A DNA stretch of 64,000 nt, taken from positions 80,997-144,996 of the forward strand of contig JBCCVZ010000009.1 of assembly GCA_039194425.1 (NCBI GenBank). Direction: 5' to 3'. A program made the position numbers and the translations under genes. The DNA is from Acidobacteriota bacterium (GTDB lineage Bacteria > Acidobacteriota > Thermoanaerobaculia > Multivoradales > J023). The notes beneath the pieces are model-generated. The model worked only from the letters and a program-made list of their open reading frames with translations, searched no databases and was not told the DNA's origin. Shown here one piece after another: positions 1 through 11,300 of the stretch. The number at the start of each line of letters is the position of its first letter. The stretch's first letter is position 1.

Positions 1-1110
1 CCCTTGCCGACCACATCCCAGACGCGCGCCGGCGCCTCACACATCCAGCGCACCACGTCCCGCAGCGTGCAGCGTCCATGATGGACCTGGTCGAGCAGCA
101 GGGCGAGTGAGTTCTCGACCGCCGGCAGACCCGACGGCGAGTCGGGGTACGGCTTCGCCTTCTCGTCGAGGGTGTGCGGTGCATGGTCGGTGGCGATCAC
201 CTGCAACAGGCCGTCGTCGAGCCCGCGCCACAGCGCCGCGACGTCGCCCGGCGTCTTCAGGGACGGATTCATCTGCGCGCGCGTCCCGAGGCGCTCGTAG
301 TCGTCGATCGAGAAGAAGAGGTGATGCGTGCACGCCTCGGCAGTGATCAGGCGCTCCGCCGCACGCTCGAGGTGCGCGCGCACCAGCTCGACCTCGTCGG
401 CGGTCGAGACGTGGAGCACGTGGAATCGCCGGCCGTGGCGCTCGGCGAGGTCGATGGCACGGGCGGTGGCGATGCGCGCCGCCGCATGGTCACGGATGCG
501 CGAGTGGTCGGTGACGTCGAGCGCATCGCCTTTCAGCTCGCGCAGGCGCTCGCGATTGGCGCGCACCGTCGTCTCGTCTTCGCAGTGCGCGGTGATCGGC
601 AGCGAGCCCTCGGCGAAGATCCGCTCGAGCGCCTCCTGGTCGTCGACCAGCAGCGGTCCGGTCGACGAGCCGATGAAGATCTTGATGCCCGGCGTGCGGT
701 GCGCACGCACCAGCTGGTCGACGTTGTCGCCCGTGGCGCCGATATAGAAGCCGTAGTTGACGACGCACTTCGACGCCGCGCGGTCGAGCTTCTTGTGCAG
801 CCGCTCGACGGTGGTCGTCGTCGGATCGGTGTTCGGCATCTCGAGAAACGTCGTGACCCCACCCTTGGCGCACGCCAGGCTGCCGGTGTGCAGGTCTTCC
901 TTGTGCTCGAGCCCGGGCTCGCGAAAGTGCACCTGGTCGTCGACGACGCCGGGCAAAAGGTGGAGCCCGGCGGCCTGAATCACCTCATCGGCACGCGCCG
1001 CGCGCGGCGGATCGACGCCGAGAATCGTCGTGCCTTCGACCAGCACGTCGACGCGTTCGAGGCCACTCGGCAGCACGACGGTGGCGCCACGGATTCGATG
1101 CCGGTTCATG
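1..1110 (-). CDS. pyrC: dihydroorotase-type cyclic amidohydrolase; the C-terminus runs off the left edge of the window
   Basis: Not in the ORF track because there is no stop in the window. My reverse-strand translation from ATG (complement of 1108-1110) reads [33 protein letters not shown]...[23 protein letters not shown]...[15 protein letters not shown]...ITAHCEDE...[17 protein letters not shown]..., and stays open to base 1. DxHVHxREPG and ATDHAPH are amidohydrolase/dihydroorotase metal-ligand motifs. The + ORF 174..1163 is its antisense shadow. Confidence 0.8.
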
Positions 1111-1237
1111 CGCACGAGGCTAGCACGCACGCGCCATCGTCCCCGCCTCGACAGTCCTGCTAAGCTCGGCGCGCCCGAGCCAACCACCCGCTGCGCCCGC
1201 CAGCGACTCCGACGACCGACCTGAGCTCTTCGACGCC

Positions 1238-2611
1238 GTGACGTCTTCGCCCGTTCGTCGTTCGCCCTCTCCCTGGTTCCCCCGCATCGGCTGGACGCTT
1301 CTCGCGCTCGGCTTCGTCGTGTTCGTGTGGGGCATGAACCGCCGCGCCACGCTCGAGGCGTCAGATCGCGACGTGATCCGCATGCTCTTCGTGCCGAGCG
1401 TGGAACAAGGCACCCTGGTGCGTCGCGGCGACGAGCTGGCGCGCTTCATCCGCGAAGACTCGGGGCTGATCCTGCGCTCCGAGGTGCCGACCAGCTACGC
1501 CGCGGTGATCCAGGCGCTCGGCTCAGAACAGGCCGACGTCGCCTGGATGCCCGCCTTCGCCTACGTGATCGCGTCCGACCGCTACGGCGCCCAGGCCAAG
1601 CTGCAGGTGGTGCGCGCGGTCGACCGCTTCGCGATCCTCGTGACGCGCAAGGGCGCCGGCCAGCCGGAGGCAATCGGCGAGCTGGCGGCGCGCCGCATCG
1701 CCTTCCCGCGCACCTTCAGCGACGGCCTGCGGGCGCGTCTCGTCGAGGCGCTCGACCGCGAGGCGCCAGGCTGGGTAGAGGTCCCCGTCGACAGCGACAT
1801 CGAGGCGGTTCGCAAGCTGGTGGACACGCCGCTCGAGGTCGACGCCGCGGCGTCGACCCACGTCTTCTCGGGGCCGCACGACCTCGTCGGCGACGGGCGC
1901 AAGGAGCTCGAGTATGAGCGCCCGGGAACGCTCGACGAAACGCGACTGGTCTTCACCACCGAGGTGCCGGTGGCCGAGAAAGCCACCGAGTACTTCGGCT
2001 GTTTCTTCACGCGCGTCGACTCGGTGGCGCGCCGCCTCGAAGACTTCGGTGGCCAGAGCTTCGCGTTCACCGACGAGACCTCGACCTCCGGACACATTTT
2101 CGCGCGCATGGTTCTCGACCGCAGGGACATCGACCTCGGTCGCGTGTACTACGCCGGCGGCCACCCCAACGTGGTGCAAGCGGTGTGGGACGGCAAAGCT
2201 CTCGGCGGCTCGGCTTTCTACTCGCCGCCGGGTGAGCAGCAGGCGCGTGACGGCACGCTGGTGGGCGATGCACGCATGCTGCTGCTCAAGCGCATGCCCG
2301 ACATGGAGACGCGCCGCGCCTTTCTCGACGAAGTGCGAGTGCTGGCGCTCACCGACCCGATTCCGAACGATGTCTCGGTGGCGCGCGCCGGCCTCGATCC
2401 CGAGCTCTGGGAGCGCTTCGAAGCGTCGTTCCGCCGCTTCCTCGAAACCGAGCGCGGGCGCGAAGCCTACTTCGACCTGGTCGCCGGGGTCGATGCGCTG
2501 GCCACTGACGACGCTGCATTCGACGACTTCCGCGGGGCGCTCGACAGCTCCGGCATGTCGGCCGACAAGCTGCTCGACGCCGCCGAGCAGAAACTGAGAG
2601 GTCGCTCGTGA
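1238..2611 (+). CDS. phnD: phosphonate/phosphite ABC transporter substrate-binding protein (PhnD family), membrane-anchored and long (457 aa)
   Basis: ORF track, GTG start. N-terminal TM helix [15 protein letters not shown], then PhnD-like segments ([52 protein letters not shown]). The stop overlaps the next gene's start at 2608. Confidence 0.75.
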   Translation: MTSSPVRRSPSPWFPRIGWTLLALGFVVFVWGMNRRATLEASDRDVIRMLFVPSVEQGTLVRRGDELARFIREDSGLILRSEVPTSYAAVIQALGSEQADVAWMPAFAYVIASDRYGAQAKLQVVRAVDRFAILVTRKGAGQPEAIGELAARRIAFPRTFSDGLRARLVEALDREAPGWVEVPVDSDIEAVRKLVDTPLEVDAAASTHVFSGPHDLVGDGRKELEYERPGTLDETRLVFTTEVPVAEKATEYFGCFFTRVDSVARRLEDFGGQSFAFTDETSTSGHIFARMVLDRRDIDLGRVYYAGGHPNVVQAVWDGKALGGSAFYSPPGEQQARDGTLVGDARMLLLKRMPDMETRRAFLDEVRVLALTDPIPNDVSVARAGLDPELWERFEASFRRFLETERGREAYFDLVAGVDALATDDAAFDDFRGALDSSGMSADKLLDAAEQKLRGRS

Positions 2612-3513
2612 GCGCATCCCGAACTCCACCAACCGGCGTCGACCGTGCTGTCGCCATCCAGGTCGAACACTTGTCGAAAATCTTCCCCGACGGCACGGAA
2701 GCGCTGACCTCGGTCGACCTCACCGTGCGCGAGGGAGAGTTCCTCGCCGTCCTCGGCCTCTCCGGCTCCGGCAAATCGACCCTGCTGCGCTGCATCAACC
2801 GGCTGATCGATCCCACCGAGGGACGCATCGAAATCTTCGGCGAAGACGTGACCCGAGCGCGCGGAAGCGACTTGCGACGGCTGCGGAGCGATGTCGGCAT
2901 GATTTTCCAGCAGTTCAACCTGGTACGGCGTCACACCGTGCTTTCGAACGTCCTCTCGGGCTCGCTCGGCCGCGCCGGCCTGCTCTCGAGCCTGCTCCTG
3001 CGCTTCTCCGACGAGGAGCAGCGGCGCGCGCTCGCACACCTCGAGCGCGTCGGCCTCGCCGGCCGCGAGACGAGCCGCGCCGACGCGCTCTCGGGTGGCC
3101 AGCAGCAGCGCGTCGCCATCGCCCGCGCGCTGATGCAGGAGGCACGCCTGATCCTCGCCGACGAGCCGGTCGCCTCGCTCGACCCGGCGCTGCGCCACTC
3201 CGTGATGCGCCACATCGAGGCGCTGAATCGCGACGAGGGGATGACCGTGCTGTGCACGCTGCACGACATCGATCTCGTGCGCCGCTACGCCACCCGCTGC
3301 GTCGCGCTCCGCGACGGGCGCAAAGTGTGGGAAGGCAGCGCCGGAGAGATCGACGCCGACACCTTCCGCGAGATCTACGGTCACGACGCCGAGCCGACCG
3401 AGGGCGCGAGTCTCGGCCCCTCGGATCTCGCGGACCCGCCTCCGACCGGAACCACCACGACCGATCCGGCGGCGTCCGAGCAGGCCATGGTGGCCGGCGC
3501 GGAGGCGTCATGA
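2608..3513 (+). CDS. phnC: phosphonate ABC transporter ATP-binding protein
   Basis: Walker [13 protein letters not shown] signature [15 protein letters not shown], Walker [14 protein letters not shown]-loop TLHD. Sits between the binding protein and the permease. Confidence 0.9.
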   Translation: MSASRTPPTGVDRAVAIQVEHLSKIFPDGTEALTSVDLTVREGEFLAVLGLSGSGKSTLLRCINRLIDPTEGRIEIFGEDVTRARGSDLRRLRSDVGMIFQQFNLVRRHTVLSNVLSGSLGRAGLLSSLLLRFSDEEQRRALAHLERVGLAGRETSRADALSGGQQQRVAIARALMQEARLILADEPVASLDPALRHSVMRHIEALNRDEGMTVLCTLHDIDLVRRYATRCVALRDGRKVWEGSAGEIDADTFREIYGHDAEPTEGASLGPSDLADPPPTGTTTTDPAASEQAMVAGAEAS

Positions 3514-4649
3514 GCGAAGTTCCTGCCACGAGCTCGACGGGCGAAGAGATGTCTTCGGCCCGGGCGCGCATCCTGCGGCGACAGAACGCACCCTGGCGCA
3601 AGGGAGTCCTGCGCCTGCAGGCGCTGCTCACCGACACGGTCCTCCTGCTCCTCGCGCTGCTGATGGTCGAGTTCCTCGCCGTCGCCTTCTCGGGCGAGCG
3701 TGGACCGACCGGGCTGCTGTGGACGCCGGAAGAGATCCTCGGTCTCCTGCACTACGGCTTGCTGGCGCTGATGGCGTTCGTTCTGGCGACCGTGTGGAAC
3801 CTGTTTTACCGCAGCCTCGGCGCCTCGCCCGGCCGAGTGCTGATTCGCGGCGAGCCCGAGTCCGAGCGCGACCTGCCGTGGACGCAGACGACGCGCGGCT
3901 GGTTCACCGTGCTGCTGATCCAGATCACCTTCTTCACCGGCTGGCTGGTGACCGAGGTGCAACTGGTCACCTTCCTGACCAAGTTCAACAAGGCGTCGGA
4001 CATCGTCCGCGGCCTGATGAACCCATCGTCGGCAGTGCTCGAGCAAGGCCTGGTGCTGCTGGTGCAGACCATCTTCCTCGCGTTCATGGCCACCGCGTTC
4101 GCCATCCCCGTCGCCTTCGCACTCTCGTTCTTCGCCGCGCGCAACCTCACCCGCGGCAACTTCATCGCCCGCACCAGCTACCTGGTGGTGCGCACGGCGA
4201 TGAACTTCACTCGCGCCGTCGAGCCCCTGGTCTGGGCTCTGATCTTCATTTCCTGGGTCGGCATCGGCCCGTTCGCCGGCGTGCTGGCACTCTGGGTGCA
4301 TTCGGTCGCGGCGCTCACCAAGCTCTACTCCGAGCAGATCGAGTCGATCGACCGCGGACCGGTCGACGCGATCACCGCCACCGGTGCCTCGACGCTGCAG
4401 GTGCTGCGATACGGTGTCGTGCCGCAGGTGGTGCCGCCCTTCCTCAGCTTCACCATCTACCGCTGGGACATCAACGTGCGCATGTCGACGATCATCGGCT
4501 TTGTCGGCGGCGGCGGCATCGGCTACATCCTCAAGCCGCGCGTCGATCTCGGCGCCTGGGGCGAAGTCGGGACGCTCGTGCTGCTGATCGCGGTCACGGT
4601 GTGGGCGATGGACATCGTCAGCGCCAAGATTCGCGAGCGCATCGTCTGA
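3510..4649 (+). CDS. phnE: phosphonate ABC transporter permease (PhnE family) with a long N-terminal TM extension
   Basis: In-frame ATG at 3510 (MSEVPATSS...) overlaps the phnC stop as ATGA. The first 86 aa of track ORF 3252..4649 are an Arg-rich overlap with phnC and were discarded. Multi-TM protein with a PhnE-like core (ETIFLAFMATAFAIPVAFALSFFAARN, GPFAGVLALWVHS, KLYSEQIESID). Confidence 0.8.
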   Translation: MSEVPATSSTGEEMSSARARILRRQNAPWRKGVLRLQALLTDTVLLLLALLMVEFLAVAFSGERGPTGLLWTPEEILGLLHYGLLALMAFVLATVWNLFYRSLGASPGRVLIRGEPESERDLPWTQTTRGWFTVLLIQITFFTGWLVTEVQLVTFLTKFNKASDIVRGLMNPSSAVLEQGLVLLVQTIFLAFMATAFAIPVAFALSFFAARNLTRGNFIARTSYLVVRTAMNFTRAVEPLVWALIFISWVGIGPFAGVLALWVHSVAALTKLYSEQIESIDRGPVDAITATGASTLQVLRYGVVPQVVPPFLSFTIYRWDINVRMSTIIGFVGGGGIGYILKPRVDLGAWGEVGTLVLLIAVTVWAMDIVSAKIRERIV

Positions 4650-4668
4650 CCATCGCACAACCGCCGAG

Positions 4669-5697
4669 GTGACCATGACCGCCTCTCCGACCGACTTGCT
4701 CGACACTCCGCTCACCCGTGACGCCGGCATCGAGGTGCCGCTGATCTGTGGCGCCATGTACCCGTGCTCGAATGTCGAGCTGGTGGCCGCCGCCTCCGAG
4801 GCCGGCGGCATCGGCATCGTCCAGCCGCTGTCGCTGGTCTACGTCCACGGCCACGAGTTTCGTGCCGGACTGCGCGCGATCGGGGAGCGCACGACCAAGC
4901 CGATCGGCCTCAACGTGATCGTCGAAAAGTCGTCCAAGGTCTACGAGGACCGCATGCGCCGCTATGTCGACGAGTCGATCGAGGAGGGTGTGCGGTTCTT
5001 CGTCACCTCGCTCGGCAACCCGCGCTGGGTGGTGGAGAAGGCGCATGCCGTCGGCGGCAAGGTCTACCACGATGTCACCGCGCGCAAGTGGGCCCAGAAG
5101 GCGGTCGATTCCGGCTGCGACGGTTTGATCGCGGTCAACGAGCGCGCCGGCGGCCATGCCGGCGATCACTCTGCGGCGCGCCTGCTCGACGAGCTCGGCG
5201 ACCTCGGTGTACCGGTGGTCGGCGCCGGAGGCGTCGGCGACGAGGACGCCTTCGTCGACATGCTGCGTCTCGGCTACGCCGGCGTGCAGATGGGCACTCG
5301 CTTCATCGCCACCACCGAGTGCACGGCGCACAAGGACTACAAGCGCGCCGTGGTCGAAGCCGACGAGAGCGACATCCGCCTCACCGAGCGACTCACCGGC
5401 GTGCCCGTGGCGGTGATCCGTACCCCGCACCTCGACCGCATCGGCTACAAAGCGGGCCCGATCGCGCGCTGGATGCTGCGCGGGCGCAAGACCAAGCATT
5501 GGATGCGCATGATCTACTCGCTGCAGTCGCTGTGGCGCCTCAAGCGCTCTCTTCGGCGATCGTACTCGTCGAAGGATTTCTACCAGGCCGGCAAGAGTGT
5601 CGCCGGGGTCCAGGCGATCGAGCCGACCGGCGAAATCATTGCGCGCTGCGCCACCGCCGCACGTCGTGCGAGCGTGGTCGCGGCGGCCGCAGGCTGA
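4669..5697 (+). CDS. nitronate monooxygenase / FabK-like FMN oxidoreductase (NMO family)
   Basis: GAMYPCSNVELVAAASEAGGIGIV, ERAGGHAG, GAGGVGD...GYAGVQMGTRF are typical of the NMO / 2-nitropropane dioxygenase TIM-barrel family. Confidence 0.8.
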   Translation: MTMTASPTDLLDTPLTRDAGIEVPLICGAMYPCSNVELVAAASEAGGIGIVQPLSLVYVHGHEFRAGLRAIGERTTKPIGLNVIVEKSSKVYEDRMRRYVDESIEEGVRFFVTSLGNPRWVVEKAHAVGGKVYHDVTARKWAQKAVDSGCDGLIAVNERAGGHAGDHSAARLLDELGDLGVPVVGAGGVGDEDAFVDMLRLGYAGVQMGTRFIATTECTAHKDYKRAVVEADESDIRLTERLTGVPVAVIRTPHLDRIGYKAGPIARWMLRGRKTKHWMRMIYSLQSLWRLKRSLRRSYSSKDFYQAGKSVAGVQAIEPTGEIIARCATAARRASVVAAAAG

Positions 5698-5885
5698 CTC
5701 CACGAACCCGTCACCTCATCCAGTCGACGCGGTCGAGCGAAACCAAGGAGCAACAGGACGTTCTGTCCGAGCGCTCTTCTCTCTCTTGCGGGGCCCTGGC
5801 TCCACCCGCCAACGCCGAACCTCCCACACCTGGGAACGGCCGTGCCAGACAACCAAATTCACTGCACACTTGAGGATTTGACGAT

Positions 5886-6389
5886 ATGAAACTCCACAGC
5901 AAGCTGATTCTCGCCACCTCCCTTCTCCTTCTTCTCGTCAGTGTCAGCTTTGCTGGTGCTCACGAGGATGCGCACGGCGAGGCCGACATCGTCGACACCG
6001 CCATCGCCGCTGACGACTTCAACACACTCGTGACCGCCGTGAAGGCCGCCGGCCTCGTCGACACCCTGAAGAGCGACGGTCCGTTCACTGTCTTCGCGCC
6101 GACCGACGCCGCCTTCGCCGCGCTGCCCGAGGGCACACTCGACGCTCTCCTCGCCGACAAGGACAAGCTGACCGCCGTCCTCACCTACCACGTCGTCGCC
6201 CAGAAGGTTCCGTCCGCGGCCATCACCGGCCCGCTGAATGTCGCGACGGTGCAGGGTGGCGAGCTCGCCGTCACCACCGAGAGCGGCGTCCAGATCAACG
6301 ACGCGACCGTCGTCCAGGCCGACATCATGACCTCGAACGGCGTGATCCACGTGATCGACAAGGTGCTGGTACCGGAAGGCGTCCTCTGA
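5886..6389 (+). CDS. secreted fasciclin (FAS1) domain protein
   Basis: Signal peptide [28 protein letters not shown]1 motifs [35 protein letters not shown]. Confidence 0.9.
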   Translation: MKLHSKLILATSLLLLLVSVSFAGAHEDAHGEADIVDTAIAADDFNTLVTAVKAAGLVDTLKSDGPFTVFAPTDAAFAALPEGTLDALLADKDKLTAVLTYHVVAQKVPSAAITGPLNVATVQGGELAVTTESGVQINDATVVQADIMTSNGVIHVIDKVLVPEGVL

Positions 6390-6421
6390 TTCGCACCGGC
6401 GACGAACGACCTCGATGACGG

Positions 6422-6450
6422 CGGCTCGGGCTCGGTCCCGAGCCGTTTTC
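6422..6450 (+). terminator. rho-independent terminator after the fasciclin gene
   Basis: CGGCTCGGG (6422-6430), loop ctcggt, CCCGAGCCG (6437-6445), followed by TTTTC. Confidence 0.7.
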
Positions 6451-6487
6451 TCGTTGGCCCACGCGCAGAGCGGACGAGACGACGCTC

Positions 6488-7111
6488 TCAGCCCGGCGGC
6501 GCGGCACGTGGGCTCGGACCCACCGGCGTCGGCTCACCCCGCACCTCGAGCTTGCGCCGGTACGCATCCAGCGACTCCTCGGTGCGACCGAGCAGGTGGA
6601 GCGTCTGGCCGAGATTGTGCCAGGCCAAGAAGTTGCGCGGCTGGAGCTCGGTGACGCGCCGAAACGCGGCCTCGGCGCCCTCGAAATCCTGCGCGCGATA
6701 GCGCAAATTGCCGAGCAGCATGTGGCTCTCGAAAGCCTCCGGATCGAGCTCGAGGCCGCGGCGGACGCTCACCTCCGCTGCTCCCGGGTTGCCTTCGGCG
6801 AGCTGCAACAGCGCCATCGCATGATGCACCGCGGCGCTCCGCGGGGAGCGTTCGAGCGCACGCTGGATCAGCGCGCGGGCGCGCAGAATCTCGGCCGGAT
6901 CGTCGGTCAGCTGGTGACCCGGCTTCAAGGCCGACGGCGGCGGCACGAGGAGTGCGCGCGCGAGCGTGAGATCCGCATCACCCGGGCCGCTGGGCGCGCG
7001 GTCGAGCAGGCCGGTGGTCGAAACACCATAGACCACTGCTGCCACCACCAGGAGCGTGAGCAGAAGCCAGGCACCGAGCTCTTCGAGGACGGTCGGACGA
7101 TCGATCGACAT
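6488..7111 (-). CDS. membrane-anchored TPR repeat protein
   Basis: N-terminal TM helix LGAWLLLTLLVVAAVVYGV, then TPR-like repeats (AVHHAMALLQLAEGNPGAAEVSVRRGLELDP, ESHMLLGNLRYRAQDFEGAEAAFRRVTELQP, LAWHNLGQTLHLLGRTEESLDAYRR). Confidence 0.7.
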   Translation of the reverse strand: MSIDRPTVLEELGAWLLLTLLVVAAVVYGVSTTGLLDRAPSGPGDADLTLARALLVPPPSALKPGHQLTDDPAEILRARALIQRALERSPRSAAVHHAMALLQLAEGNPGAAEVSVRRGLELDPEAFESHMLLGNLRYRAQDFEGAEAAFRRVTELQPRNFLAWHNLGQTLHLLGRTEESLDAYRRKLEVRGEPTPVGPSPRAAPPG

Positions 7112-7211
7112 GGTGTGAGCCTATCAGCGCGCGAGTTTCCGGATCACGCTAACATCACCTTCGGTCACGACCCATCCAACGCGTCGCAACGGCCGGCGGA
7201 AGGACTCTTCA

Positions 7212-8222
7212 ATGCGTGTCTTCGAGCTTCAAGGAGGCTTCGGCCTCGACCACCTCGTCGCCGCCGAGCGCGACACGCCCGAGCCGGGCCCCGGCCAGGT
7301 GCGCGTGCGCCTCGAGGCCGCATCGCTGAACTATCGCGATCTGCTGATGGCGACGGGCAAGTACAACCCCAAGCAGCCGCTTCCCCTGGTGCCCTGCTCG
7401 GACGGTGTCGGCATCATCGACGCCGTCGGTCCGGGCGTCGACCGCGTGCGCGAGGGAGAGCGCGTGGCGACGATGTTCTGCCAGGGCTGGATCGGCGGAC
7501 CGCCGACCCGTGAGCGGCTGCGCCAAACGCTCGGCGGGCCGCTCGACGGCACGCTGGCCGAGCACCTGGTGCTCGACCAGGACGGCGTCTGCGCGGTTCC
7601 GGAGTACCTGACCCCGGTCGAGGCCGCCACCCTCCCGTGCGCGGCGCTCACCGCGTGGAGCGCGTTGGTGAGCTACGGTGGCGTCAAGGCCGGCGATACC
7701 GTGTTGGTGCAGGGCACCGGCGGCGTATCGCTCTTCGCGCTGCAGATCGCCACCGCGCTCGGCGCACGCGTGATCGTCACCTCGTCGCAGGATTGGAAGC
7801 TCGAGCGGGTCCGAGCCCTCGGCAGCTGGCGCGAGATCAACTACCGCACTGAGCCGGCCTGGGGCCGCGTCGCCCACGAGATGACGGACGGCCGCGGGGT
7901 CGATCACGTGATCGAAGTCGGCGGCGCCGACACGCTCGCGCAGTCGCTGCGTGCGGTCGCGATCGGCGGCACGATCAGCCTGATCGGCGTGCTCAGCGGC
8001 GTGCAGACCGATGTCGCGCTGACCTCGATTCTGATGCAGAACGTGCGCCTGCAAGGCATCCTGGTCGGCTCACGCGACCGCTTCGAGGCGATGGGTCGAG
8101 CGTTCGACACGCACGAGATTCGTCCACTCGTCGACCGGATCTTCCCCTTCGACGAGGCGCGCGAGGCCTTCGCCTACCTCGCCGCCGCGCACCACGTCGG
8201 CAAGGTCTGCATCGAGGTCTAG
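7212..8222 (+). CDS. NADPH:quinone oxidoreductase-like medium-chain dehydrogenase/reductase
   Basis: VRVRLEAASLNYRDLLMATGKY, Rossmann segment GDTVLVQGTGGVSLFALQIA, C-terminal HVGKVCIEV. Confidence 0.85.
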   Translation: MRVFELQGGFGLDHLVAAERDTPEPGPGQVRVRLEAASLNYRDLLMATGKYNPKQPLPLVPCSDGVGIIDAVGPGVDRVREGERVATMFCQGWIGGPPTRERLRQTLGGPLDGTLAEHLVLDQDGVCAVPEYLTPVEAATLPCAALTAWSALVSYGGVKAGDTVLVQGTGGVSLFALQIATALGARVIVTSSQDWKLERVRALGSWREINYRTEPAWGRVAHEMTDGRGVDHVIEVGGADTLAQSLRAVAIGGTISLIGVLSGVQTDVALTSILMQNVRLQGILVGSRDRFEAMGRAFDTHEIRPLVDRIFPFDEAREAFAYLAAAHHVGKVCIEV

Positions 8223-8351
8223 CCCGCCTCTCGCCGACCGCGACCCGAGACCGAGTGCCGCCGCGACCTCGAGACGCGTTAGTCTTCGAGAACGAGATCC
8301 GAGGGATCGCTATCGACGCGGAGATGCAGGTGCGCAGATGAAGGTGCGCAA

Positions 8352-11300
8352 TTGACCATCTGGGGACGAGCGCTGTGCGCGGCGCTGTGCGCCCTCGCGG
8401 CCGCGGCCCCTCGGGTGGTGGCCGACGAAACGACGGGGCCGACCACGGCGCCGTCGGCTCACTCCGCGGCGAGCGAACTGCCGGCACACGCCGTGGGCGC
8501 GGCGTTGATCCGAACCTATCCGCGGGAAGAGCACGGAGGCTACTTCCAGACGTTCGCCATCGCGCAAGACCCGAACGGCCTGGTCTACGCAGCCAACAAC
8601 AGCGGCCTCCTCGAGTACGACGGCGAACGCTGGCATCTCTTCGAGCTCCCTCGATTCATGCCCGCCCTGGCGATCGACGACCGAGGGCAGATCTGGCTCG
8701 GAGGCGCGAACGATCTCGGACGGATGGTTCCGACCGACACCGGCGAGCTGGTCTATGAATCGCTGGTTCATCTCCTGCCCGAGCAGGCTCGCGATTTCAG
8801 CCACGTATGGCCGATTCTGCCCACCGCGGGTGATGTCTACTTCCTGGCGCGTGAGCACCTGGTGAGGCTGCGCGACGGCGAGGTCACGACCTGGCCGGCG
8901 GAGGACCCGCGGCACGTTTTCTATCGCGCCTATTCGATCCACGGTCGGCTCTACTTCGCTCAGCTCGGCGTCGGCTTGTTGCGCCTCGGCGACGACGATC
9001 GGCTCGAGCTGGTCCCGGGCGGCGCGTTTTCCGGTGCGGAAGAGCTCAACGCCATGTGGGAGACACCCGATGGCGGTGGCTGGCTGCTCACGCAGCGTGA
9101 CGGTGCTTACCGCTTCGACGGCACGTCGCTCACGCCGTTCGAGAACGACTCGAGTCGCTGGCTCGACGCCGCCAGTGTCCAGCACGGTCATCCGCTGACG
9201 CCCGAGATCTACGCGGTCGCGACCATCCACCGGGGGCTGGCGCTCGTCGACCACGAGCTGAAGCTGCTGCGCACCCTCGATTCGAGCCACGGTCTCTCGG
9301 ACGACAAGATTCACTTCGTGACGACCGACCGGGACGGCTATCTCTGGATCGGCAGTGACACGGCGATCGACCGCGTGATCGTCGGATCGGGTCTGCCCCG
9401 CTACGATCAGGAGGCCGGCCTCGCCGGCAGGATCTACTGCCTGATCCACCACCAAGGGCGACTGATCGTCGGCACCAGCCGCGGCGTCTACCAGGGTCAC
9501 GCGACGCGGTCCGGCTGGCGCTTCGACCCCGTTCCGGGACTTCGCACGTCCGGGTGGTCGGCGCTATCGATCGACGATGCGCTCCTCATCGCGTCCGAGG
9601 CCGGCATCTACTCGGTTCGATTCGGGCGCGCCGAGGACCTCGAGCTGACCCAAACCGACCTCGTGAGCGACGATGCGACGATCTACCTCTTCCGGCCGTC
9701 CTCAGACCCGGATCTGGTCTTCGCCAGCCTCGAGAACGGCCTCGGCATCCTGCGCCGTGAGCTCGGTCAATGGCGCTGGCTCGGCCAGGGCGCGCTCCTG
9801 AGCGGAACCGTGCGCCAAGCGCTGAACGGCCCCGACGGCGAGCTGGTCGTCTATTTCAGCAGCCAGAGTCGCCTCGCGGTGCTCGAGTTTCCCGACGGTC
9901 TCGAGTCCCAGCCCCGCGTTCTCGAGCTCGGTACCCGGGACGGCGTCCTGCAGTCTCTCGACGGTCAGATCTATCTCGTGACCGAGTCCGGGATCGAGCG
10001 CTATCTCGGCCTCGAGGCGGCGCGGACCGGCCGGGCATTCGAATCCACTTCCGCGCTCGACGACCTGGCGGAGCTCGCCGACGGTCTGTTCGAGATCGAA
10101 GCGCGAACGGAGACCGGCTCGCTCTGGCTCGAGACCGAGCGTGGCCTCGGGATCGTCACGTTCGGCGACGACGGACAGGCGTCCCTCCGGCATCCAGGCC
10201 CGCGCCCTCTGACCGAGGTCGACGCGGTCGTCCTCGACGACTCCTCGGGTGCCTCCGGCTGGATCGGAACGGTCGACGGGCTCTATCGCTACCATGAGAC
10301 CGACCGCCCGGTGGACGCGACATCCTTCGAGAGCCTGATGCGGCGCGTGGTGGTCCGGGACAGCGCGGGCACCGAGCGACAGCTGGGCGGGCTCGGTCCG
10401 GGACAGACCGCGGCACCGCCCGAGCTGCCGTACACGGAGAATCGCCTGCGCTTCGAGTTCGCCGCGCCGCTCTACGGCCAGCGCGAGGAGGTCCTCTACC
10501 AGACGCGCCTCGACGGACTCGACACCGAGTGGTCGGCGTGGCGCGCCGAGCCGTTCGAGGACTACACCTTCTTGCCCGAGGGCGACTACACCTTTCGAGT
10601 GCGCGCGAGCAGCGCCACCGGCCGCATCGCGTCGCCCGCGAGCTATCGCTTCGTCGTCCTGCCACCGTGGTACCGCACACCGTGGGCCGCGTTCGGCGGG
10701 ATCGTGCTCGCCACTGCGCTGGTGCTCGCCTTCGTGCGAGTCCGCACCGCGCAGCTGCGCAAGATCCGCCGCCGTCTCGAGTCCCAGGTCACCGAGCGAA
10801 CGCGCGAGCTGGCGGACGAGAAAAACCAGGTCGAGGCGCAGGCACGGGATCTCGAGATCGTCAACGCCAAGCTGGCCGAAGAAAACGCCCATCGGCGCCA
10901 GCTAGAAGTCGAACGAGCGAAGCTCCAGGCTCGCCTCGAACAGGCGAACAAGCTGGAGAGCCTGGGTCAGATGGCGGGAGGAATCGCCCACGACTTCAAC
11001 AACTTCCTCATGGCCATCTTGGGCAATGCGGACCTCGCCCTCGACACCGCGTCGCTCAACATCGAGACCCGCGAGCGCCTCGAGGGGATCCGGGTCGCCT
11101 CCGAGCGAGCGGCCGAGCTCTGCCACCAGATGCTGGTCTACGCGGGCAAGGGCCGCGTCGACGGGCGCACGCTCGACCTCAACGTGATCGTGCGCCAAAC
11201 GCTGGGCGACGTGCGTGGCTCGCTGCGCCCGGGGGTCGAGCTCGAAATCGATCTGACCTCCGAGGCACCCCCCATCTCCGGCGACGAGGGCCAGCTGCGC

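Noticed and set aside
174-1163. 329-aa + strand ORF covering most of the first kilobase
   Set aside because: Arg/Val/Asp-rich nonsense composition. The opposite strand translates cleanly into a dihydroorotase with canonical metal motifs, so this is an antisense shadow ORF typical of high-GC DNA.
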